DNA of 64,000 nucleotides, from the NCBI RefSeq assembly GCF_009914755.1, contig NC_060926.1; one strand, given 5' to 3'. A model generated the notes under the pieces. It was not told the DNA's origin. It saw only the letters and a program-made list of their open reading frames with translations, and searched no databases. The stretch comes from the human T2T-CHM13v2.0 reference genome, Homo sapiens. Shown here one piece after another: positions 55,215-64,000 of the stretch. Positions within the stretch are counted from its first letter, which is position 1; every line of letters begins with the position of its first letter. Made by a program: the position numbers and the translations under genes.

Positions 55215-56923
55215 TTATCTTTCCACATTCTTAAAAAATGTCTTAAGTAAAAGTCTTATTCTATTTAAAACCATTCCTGTTATTTCTGTTTAGATTTGTT
55301 TTAGGAGCTTTAGAAATTTTATTTGAGGTTAACTGAAGATATAATTCGTGATATACTCCCTTTAGACCAGAGAAAGAAAAAATGGTTAAGACATTTTAAA
55401 AATACTATATGTAAATACTATGTGAAAATTAGCTAATGTATGAACTTAGTTATAGAAATGCAAGTATACTCTGTAGATGAGATGTCCAATTTTCTAATAT
55501 TTGAATTATCTAGATAATTTCATGTATTCTACCCCGATATGAATTACTTGTTTTGTATTTTGTTACTTTAAAATCTATTCATGTGTTATAGCACTAGTTG
55601 GTGATTTTCTAAAGTAGTCATTAATTTGTAACCAATTTATCTGTATCAATTTAGGAATGTGTTGAAATATCAGAAAAGGAAATCTGCTGTGTTTAAATGC
55701 TGTATGTCTTGGATCAAAGATTTACAATTTAACTGTACTATATATTCACACATATAATTAGAAATAATGGAAATAGTATAGAATTAATTTATTTCTATCT
55801 TATCATCAACTGAACCATTGTTTTTAAATGTCAGGTTTTACTAATAATTTCTATTTTCTTTTGTGCAGTCTGTAAACATCCTGCATATTTCAAGAGTAAT
55901 AGAAACATCAAGTTTGCTGCCTGGCCTCAGGGCTGGGGCAGGGCAGGTGTTTTTACAGACGCCTCCTACGTCTGTGGTGAATCTCTCAGGCATTTGCTTG
56001 GTTACTATAAACCTTCGGTGTTTCTAGAGTTCTGACAAAGTTGATTCTGACCGTTTTGCTCAGTTTTTTCAGTGATTCTGTGAAGGGACAGACCTTGGAT
56101 TTTCCTCTCTGCTATTTTTGCAGACATCAGTGATTCTGTTGATCTTTGGTCATTACACAGTCCTTATTTTCCGGAATACACAGCCTGATCACAGTGTGTT
56201 ATTCTGATTTAAAATTTCACTGTATGGTGATTTGTTAAACTGTTTAGCTATTTTTACATTTCTTGGGAAATTTTGGAAAATTTCCCCCAAAAAACAACTT
56301 TTTGGGGAAAAATTAAATGATAATTCTTTCTTGTAGTGAACTCCAGGTTTCAGCATCCATGCTATTCTCTCCCCAAAACATTAGGCGAGAATCGTTTCCT
56401 CTTTTCCTATCCTGGGAAGATGAGATGTGAGCTGAGCCCTATTTCTTTTACACACTTAGAACAATTTTTCATGAAAGCCATTTAGACCTGGATTTTCTTT
56501 ACCGCTAGGCTTCTAATTATGTTTTGCTTATAATTTACATTATTTTAAATTAACAAATCATAATTGTATGATATTTATGGAGCACAATGCGATGCTATGA
56601 CGTATGTTTTCAGTGTAGAAGGATTAACTCAAGCCAATCACACACTGCGCCTCACATACTTGCTGTTTTGGGGCCATAGATTTGAAATGTGTCCTCTTAG
56701 TGCCTGTGACATACACGTGCGTCATTGCTGTGCAGGAGGCAGGGGAATGGGGGGCCAGGGAGTGGGGAGCTGGAGTCACAGGACCCAAAGTGACAGGTGC
56801 ATGGAGGAATGAGCTTTTTATTTATTCATTACTTTCATGTCCCCATGCAGCAGTCACAGAAAAAAAAAACATGTAAGTAAGAAAAATTTTGAATGTAAAC
56901 TAGAGAGTAGTTAGTGGCCCTAT

Positions 56924-58265
56924 TGTAGACTAAATAATGGCCTCCTACAGATACCCATGTTGCAGTCGGCGGAGCCTGTGAATGTCCCTTCCACGGACCC
57001 TGCAGGTGGGCTCAGCGAAGGGCCTGAAGATGGGAGCTGACTGTCCTGGGGGGTCCACTGGAATCGCAGAGGGCCTCGTCAGAGGGAGGCAGAGATCGGA
57101 GTGAACCAGCCGCAAGCCAAGCACTGCGGGCACCAGGAAAGCTGGAGAGGCAGCGAGGATCTTGGGTTAGAGCCTAGTGAGGGGGCGCGGCCCAGCCAGG
57201 AAGGCAGCCAGGATCTTCCCTCAGAGCCTAGCGAGGGGGCGCGGCCCAGCCAGGAGAGCTGGAGAGGCAGCGAGGATGTTCCCTCAGAGCCTGGCGAGGG
57301 GGCGTGGCCCAGCCAGGAGGGCGGGAGAGGCAGTGAAGATCTTCCCTCAGAGCCTGGCGAGGGGGCGCGGCCCAGCCAGGAGAGCTGGAGAGGCCCGGAG
57401 GATCTTCCCTCAGAGCCTAGCGAGGGAGCGCGGCCCAGCCAGGAGAGCTGGAGAGGCAGCCAGGATCTTCCCTCAGAGCCTGGCGAGTGAGGGCGGCCCA
57501 GCCAGGAGAGCTGGAGAGGCAGCGAGGATGTTCCCTCAGAGCCTGGCGAGGGGGCGTGGCCCAGCCAGGAGGGCGGGAGAGGCAGTGAAGATCTTCCCTC
57601 AGAGCCTGGGGAGGGGGCGGGGCCCAGCCAGGAGAGCTGGAGAGGCAGCCAGGATCTTCCCTCAGAGCCTGGCGAGGGGGCGCGGCCCAGCCAGGAGAGC
57701 TGGAGAGGCAGCGAGGATCTTCCCTCAGAGCCTATCTAGGGGGCGCGGCCCAGCCAGGAGAGCTGGAGAGGCAGCGAAGATCTTCCGTTAGAGCCCAGCG
57801 AGGGGGTGTGGCCCAGCCAGGAGGGCTGGAGAGGCAGCGAGGATCTTCCCTAAGAGCGTGGCGAGGGGGCGTGGCCCAGCCAGGAGAGCTGGAGAGGCAG
57901 CGAGGATCTTCCCTCAGAGCCTGGCGAGGGGGCGCGGCCCAGCCAGGAGAGCTGGAGAGGCAGCGAAGATCTTCCGTTAGAGCCCAGCGAGGGGGCGTGG
58001 CCCAGCCAGGAGGGCTGGAGTGGCAGCCAGGATCTTCCCTCAGAGCCTGGCGAGGGGGCGGGGCCCAGCCAGGAGAGCTGGAGAGGCAGCCAGGATCTTC
58101 CCTTAGAGCCCGGCGAGCGGGCGCGGCCCTGCCTACACCCCGACTTCATCCCAGTGAGGAGGACGTCGGACTTCTGGCCTCCAGAGCTGTGAGAAAATAC
58201 ATTTGAGATGTTCAAGCTGCCCAATGTCTGGTCATTTGTTACAAAAGATATGGAAAATCAACGCA
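56924..58265 (+). mobile_element. MLT1B/C/D-type LTR expanded by an internal 63-bp VNTR
   Basis: 5' TGTAGACTAAATAATGGCC..GGAGCCTGTGAATGT; 3' GGACTTCTGGCCTCCAGAGCTGTGAGAAAATACATT..TGGTCATTTGTTACA. Confidence 0.8.
57132..58130. repeat. 63-bp GC-rich VNTR, about 16 copies
   Basis: Unit CCAGCCAGGAGAGCTGGAGAGGCAGCGAGGATCTTCCCTCAGAGCCTGGCGAGGGGGCGCGGC; period 63 (57241 and 57304). Confidence 0.97.
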
Positions 58266-60259
58266 CCAGTAACTGGAGAAAATTGATCACGACTGAAAGG
58301 CAGTGGGCAAAACGTACTGTTGTAGGTCAGCCCAGACCAGAAACTGTAAGTCTATCAAACAGGCGGAGAAAAGCGGCCACCGTTTTATTCCTCAAGAATT
58401 GCACAGTGTTTATTTAAGTCAGCAACCCTGTGGAGCAGATTTAAATTTTATACAATTTCTAGACATACGGCATGCACCCACACGTGTATAATCATCATGC
58501 ATGCATTATGTATGCATATGTGTGGAGGGACATATGCCAGTGTACGTGTGGGTGGGTACAATGAGAAAAGATACAGGGTCTTTAATTATGGAATTATCCA
58601 AGTTTCTATTCTTCTCAGAAATCACCATAATGTTTTGGGAATTCTCCCAGACTGCTTCTTGCACTGAAAGTTGTTCAAAATTCTGTTAGAAATTCTCTAT
58701 ATTTTGTCTAAAAATATGCTTCCCATATTGATGTGATACAAGTGAGGAAGAAATTACAAAATATTCACTGAGTAAAATAGCAATTTAAATGCATTGAATT
58801 AAATTGAGGACCTGAAAACCTAAACACAATTTTTCCATTGCTTGGTTTATGTGAAACTGGACCTGGAGGTTTTTGTTTTGTTTTTTCCTTCCCCGCCAAA
58901 GGAGGAGAGGGTTCAGCTTGGTGCATTGGAAAAGTTTTGTAAAATTATGTCTTAATGGTTTCTGTCAGATTTGGAAAGAATCATTGGCAGTCTAGGGAAA
59001 AGTGGATTTACACAAGGTACCGAAATTACCAGGTGATAGAGAAGACGTTTAAATTTGTGGGCCCTCACTCTGAGTTGAGGAAGGGGCCCCTGGTGTTTTT
59101 ACGACGCACACTTTCTTACTGCTGTACCTGCTGTGGAATCTAGTGAGATTCTAAGTAGTCCTATTTAATTGTGAGTCAATAGTGACTTGCTGGGTGCGGT
59201 GGCGACTCCCACGGCGGATGGCTGGGTCGAGAGCACATCTTTATTTTCTCTCTAGATCATTCTTCTTCCTATTTTGATTTGAGAAAGGGAACGTGAGAAT
59301 TAGGTCAACCAGAGTGTTTTCCCAGTAAGTGTTGAGGCAGGCGTTTGCAAGGAGCAGTATTGGAAGCGTTTCCGGAGTTTTCCAGTGTGTTCGGGTTTCA
59401 CCTGCATGTCAGGGTTCGTCACCGTCACAGGAACCCTGGGTCATTTTGCCAACTCAGTAGAACGGGGCTAAAATGTAAGAGAAGTAACTTTTATTTTGAG
59501 AACATGCTCAAAAGTCTAACAAAATGCACACAGGGGATACAGAAAATAGAATGTGGCAAGGTGGGAGTCTGTGGAGGGAGTGGTGAGTAAATTGTAATCC
59601 GTCTTGGAGACCGTTTCCAAGTTTACACTACGTGAAGCGGACGGGGTTTGTGATGCACACAGGGCACAGCCCCCAAGCCCGGGTTCTCCATCGCTTAGTG
59701 GGAATGCAGCCTCTGTGTGGTTTCAAGAATGGACATCTGAGTTCTGGCCTGTGTCCATTTCAACATATTCACTGTTTGAAAGTGAATATTCAGTTTGACT
59801 CGTTTAATTTCAGAAGCACTGAGAACTGAACTTAGAACAGAAGAGCACTCTAAATAGAGAGAAGAGAGGAGATTGTTGAGGCAGATGGAAAGCATCACAG
59901 GAGAAGTGTGTGGCCCTCGCCTGTGGAGGTGAAGCTCCAGCAAGGCTCCATCTTGAGTTTTTTTAAATTTTGAGTAGTAAAGTGATTCACTAGATGGATT
60001 GCTAAAAGCAGTTCCCATTTTATGTTTTCTTTCTTTGGTATTCCCAAAATGCAAAAAAAGTATGTCTTAGGGCCGATATCCCCTTTTGAAATTACATCGT
60101 TAGGATTTCTGCCATCTTTGGAACCAGGTAAATATTTAATCCAGAGGTGTATCATGAAACACAGGACAGTGACTGAAGGAGAAAAGAGGTGTTTTCTGGG
60201 AAACAATTTTATGTAGCTAACTTTAAAGAAAGTCAGTACTTAGAAGTAAAGGAATAGTC

Positions 60260-61370
60260 CTTAGACTACACATCACAACTATAATCTATAAAACAATAAG
60301 CCTATAAATTAGACTCCACCAAAATTAGAAATATTTGTTCTGTAAAATGCCTTATTAAAAGAACAAAAATAAGATCTACAGATGGGGGAAAATACTTGCA
60401 TATACCACATCTGAAGGAGGGCTTATCTGTGAAATATATAAAGAACTCTCAAGATGCAACAGTAAAATATAACAATCTAACTAGAAAATGGGCAAAAGAT
60501 TTGGAGAGATATTCCAACACAATTAATACGGGAATGGCGAACACATGAAATGACTGCATTGTTACCCACTAAGAAAATGCAAATTAAAGTCATAGTGGGG
60601 TGTCACTGTATGCTTGTTAAAACAGCTCAAATAAAAAGAAAGACACATAAGTCCTGGTGAGAATGTGGATAAACCAGATCTCTCTTACACTGCTGGCAAG
60701 AATGCAAAATGATGCAGCCACTATAATGAACAATTTGGCACATAACATAATTATTTGAAAAGAAAAGACAGAAAATAGAGGTAGACAAAAAGCATTATTA
60801 TAGATAAAGAATGCCAGTACATACTAGTAAACATGAGACCCACTAGGAATGATAAACAATTCTAAATATTTTCTCATCTAATAATATCACCTCAGTATGT
60901 TTAAAGCCCACAGATTGATAGAATTCCATGGTTATATTAATCAATTGTCACATTGGGGAGATTTAAATATCCCTCAATTTTGATAATAAAAGATAGTCAA
61001 AAATACAAGACTTAAACAAGGCAATTAAAACTTTGATTTATTGGGCATACAAATCCAAATTAGAGAATTGATTTTCTAAAATCCTTAAGAATACTATACA
61101 AAATTCACTATGTATTTTGCTATAATACAAGATTAAAAGGATGTTTCTGAAAAAGTGTACTTAAAGGACAATAACTAAAGATAAATGAAACCTCCTATTT
61201 GGCAATTAAAATAAACTCTTCTACACGTTAATCAATCATAAGATAGACACAATGGAAAATTTTAAGATGTAAGATTTGTCTAGCAATGAAAATACTATGT
61301 ATCAAAAGCTGTTATATTTAGCAAAAGCATTATTTCAAGTAAAATGTATAATTTTAAGCATTAAATGCTG
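60260..61370 (+). mobile_element. Old L1M fragments
   Basis: AATATATAAAGAACTCTCAA..AGAAAATGGGCAAAAGATTTG..GAAAATGCAAATTAAA. Confidence 0.6.
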
Positions 61371-61804
61371 ATGCCAAAAAAAAAAAAAAGACAAAGACTG
61401 GAGATTGGTAAACTAAGCATCCAAAGGGTGACATTTGAAAGAATCACAGAATCACAGAATATATACTAAGTAACAACTGTGGGATATGCCATGACAGCAT
61501 TTTTAACCAGTTTGACAATCTGCTTCATGATTGGCATGTTTAGACATTTTCATTTAATCACTTAGAGGGTTTGATTTTTTCCATCGCAAATTTCATCCAC
61601 AAATATCATTTCCTTTGTTTTCTATTTACTTCAGTTGTTCTTCATGATTCTTTCCTCTTTTCCGCATTCTTTTGGATTGAACGTTTTAATTGTTTTATTG
61701 TGTCATTTTTGTTGACTTATCAGTAACCTTTTCCTTCCATGTGTAACCATATTGGGATCTATGACTTTCCATGGGCAGCCATCAGGTGACCTTCGATGAA
61801 TTCC

Positions 61805-61892
61805 CTCCCGGATGGGAGGGTCATGGTCGCCCTCTTCCCTTCTCACCTCCGGGATGGGAAGATCATGGTTGCACTCTTCCCTTCTCGCCTCC
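61805..61892. repeat. 42-bp tandem duplication
   Basis: CTCC[C/G]GGATGGGA[G/A]G[G/A]TCATGGT..CTCTTCCCTTCTC occurs twice. Confidence 0.8.
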
Positions 61893-61927
61893 TTGTGTGG
61901 AACTTACACAACCATTGTGGATTTTTA

Positions 61928-62812
61928 ATTTACACTCCCACCAACAGTGTAAAAGTGTTCCTATTTCTCCACATCCTCTCCAGCATCTGTTGTTTCCTGA
62001 CTTTTTAATGATCGCCATTCTAACTGGCATGAGATGGTGTCTCATTGTGGTTTTGATTTGCATTTCTCTAATGACCAGTGATGAGCTTTTTTTCATATGT
62101 TTGTTGGCTGCATAAATGTCTTCTTTTGAAAAGTGTCTGTTCATATCCTTTGCCCACTTTTTGATGGGGTTGTTTGATTTTTTCTTGTAAATTTGTTTAA
62201 GTTCCTTGTAGGTTCTGGATATTGGCCCTTTGTCAGATGGATAGATTGCAAAAATTTTCTCCCATTCTGTAGGTTACCTGTTCACTGTGATGATAGTTTC
62301 TTTTGCTGTGCAGAAGCTCTTTAGTTTAATTAGATCCCATTGGTCAATTTTGGCTTTTATTGCAATTGCTTTTGGTGTTGTAGTCATGAAGTCTTTGTCC
62401 ATGACTCTGTCCTAAGTGGTATTGCCTAGGTTTTCTTCTAAGGTTTTTATGGTTTTAGGTCTTAGGCTTAAATCTTTAATCCACCTTGAGTTAATTTTTG
62501 TATAAGGTGTAAGGAAGGGGTCCAGTTTCAGTTTTCCACATATGGCTAGCCAGTTTTCCCAACACCATTTATTAAATAGGGGATCCTTTCTCCATTGCTT
62601 GTTTTTGTCAGGTTTATCAAAGATCAGATGGCTGTAGATGTGTGGTGTTATTTCTGAGGCCTCTGTTCTATTCCATTGGTCTATATATCTGTTTTGGTAC
62701 CAGTACCATGCTGTTTTGGTTACTGTAGCCTTGTAGTATAGTTTGAAGTCTGGTAGCATGATGCCTCCAGCTTTGTTCTTTTTGCTTAGGATTGTCTTGG
62801 CTATATGGTCTC
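61928..62812 (-). mobile_element. L1PA ORF2 3'-region fragment
   Basis: Minus-strand peptide [47 protein letters not shown]; frame broken. Confidence 0.9.
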
Positions 62813-64000
62813 TGTTTTGGTAACTTGGAACATTTTTCTCCAAGCATCTGCTTTCAGCATCTTTCTCCATCTTTATGGATGACAATTACCAATATATCAG
62901 GTTGCTTGGACTTGTCCACAGATCATGATGCTCTTTTCTTTCTTTCTGTTTCTCTCTCCTATAGCATCTTTTTTTTCTATGTACATTGACTGTGTGTACT
63001 TTGTGTTTCATTGTGGTTAGTTTCTTTTGCTGTGTCTCCAACTTCATGCCTATATGCTTCTGCAATGTGTAATCTGTTGTTCCTCCCATCCACTGTAGTT
63101 TTCATTTTAAACGTTGTAGCTTTTTTCCTCTAGAAGTTGGGTTTGAGTCTTTTATATATCATGAGTGTCTCTACTTAACTTTTGGACATACCTAATTCAG
63201 GTATAGTAATTTATAAATGTATTTGATAATTCTATATCTGTGTAAATCCTGGGTCAGTTTTTATGAATTTAATTTTTTCATCATCATATTATCACATTAT
63301 TTAGAGATTTTAACTTTAATATTCCTGACTTCTTTTATCATGGGGTTTCTTGTATGCTTCATGAGTTAGAGCATCCTTCAGAAATCTTAAAAACTAATCA
63401 ATGCATGAAAACTACCGGTGGAACAAAAAGGTTCAGCCACAGAAAACCACAGCATCATTTTGGTTTTAATATTTTTTTCACCCCCCTCCCCCCGCCCCAC
63501 CACCAACAAATGTTATGTTTTGCGTTTTGGAAAATTTGTTTCTTAATTATAAAAACACACAATTTATTTTTCACATTAAAAAATTACATTGTTTAATGAC
63601 AGAAACTCATGAATCCACAGTCACTCGGGGTCTGTCTGCTGGGCTCCACCAGCAGCAGCTGCACGCTCCCTGTGTGAGGATTCTGAGGTCCTCACATAGG
63701 GCAGGACACAAAGGTGAAGATGTGCTCTGTTCTACCTGCTTTGGTAGAAGTGGCATAGCTTTTCCCCTTGCAGTCTATCGGCCAGAAATGGCCACGTGGC
63801 CTCACCCACAGCAAGGGAGGCTGAGTGTATGGGGAACAATGTGGGGTGTTGTCGTCACAGCAGCTCCGCGGACAACACCTTCAGATCCTCAGGAGAAAGG
63901 AGCGATGCCGTAGTCATTAACTCATCTGTTTTCTCAACCTCAGCTCTAATCCATCAGGACATCGTATTGCCTCTACCTTTCAGATGTACCCAAACTTCAG

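Noticed and set aside
57101-58206. ORFs with 21-aa repeats
   Set aside because: Translation of the 63-bp VNTR inside an MLT1 LTR

Overview
Primate (most likely human) non-coding genomic DNA, repeat-dominated, with the tandem-repeat density and patchy GC/CpG richness typical of a distal or subtelomeric band. The exact locus cannot be identified from sequence alone. No protein-coding gene or RNA gene is supported: the long ORFs in the track come from VNTRs, Alu, L1 or MaLR remnants. The window contains a full-length THE1-type MaLR provirus with a GATGG target-site duplication (TSD), solo LTRs (THE1, MST/MLT1, MER57, MER4A, LTR2, LTR5A), a five-layer nested insertion (old L1 > L1PB > L1PA > AluS > LTR5A), two twin-primed L1s, and about ten minisatellites, two of them clearly born inside old repeats. 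The least explained feature is a 173-bp ungapped, 83%-identical inverted-repeat pair (47054-47226 and 47968-48140) with block-like conservation that matches no repeat family I recognise. Repeat subfamily names are from memory of consensus sequences and need RepeatMasker/Dfam confirmation; boundaries of old L1/MIR/L2 remnants are approximate.
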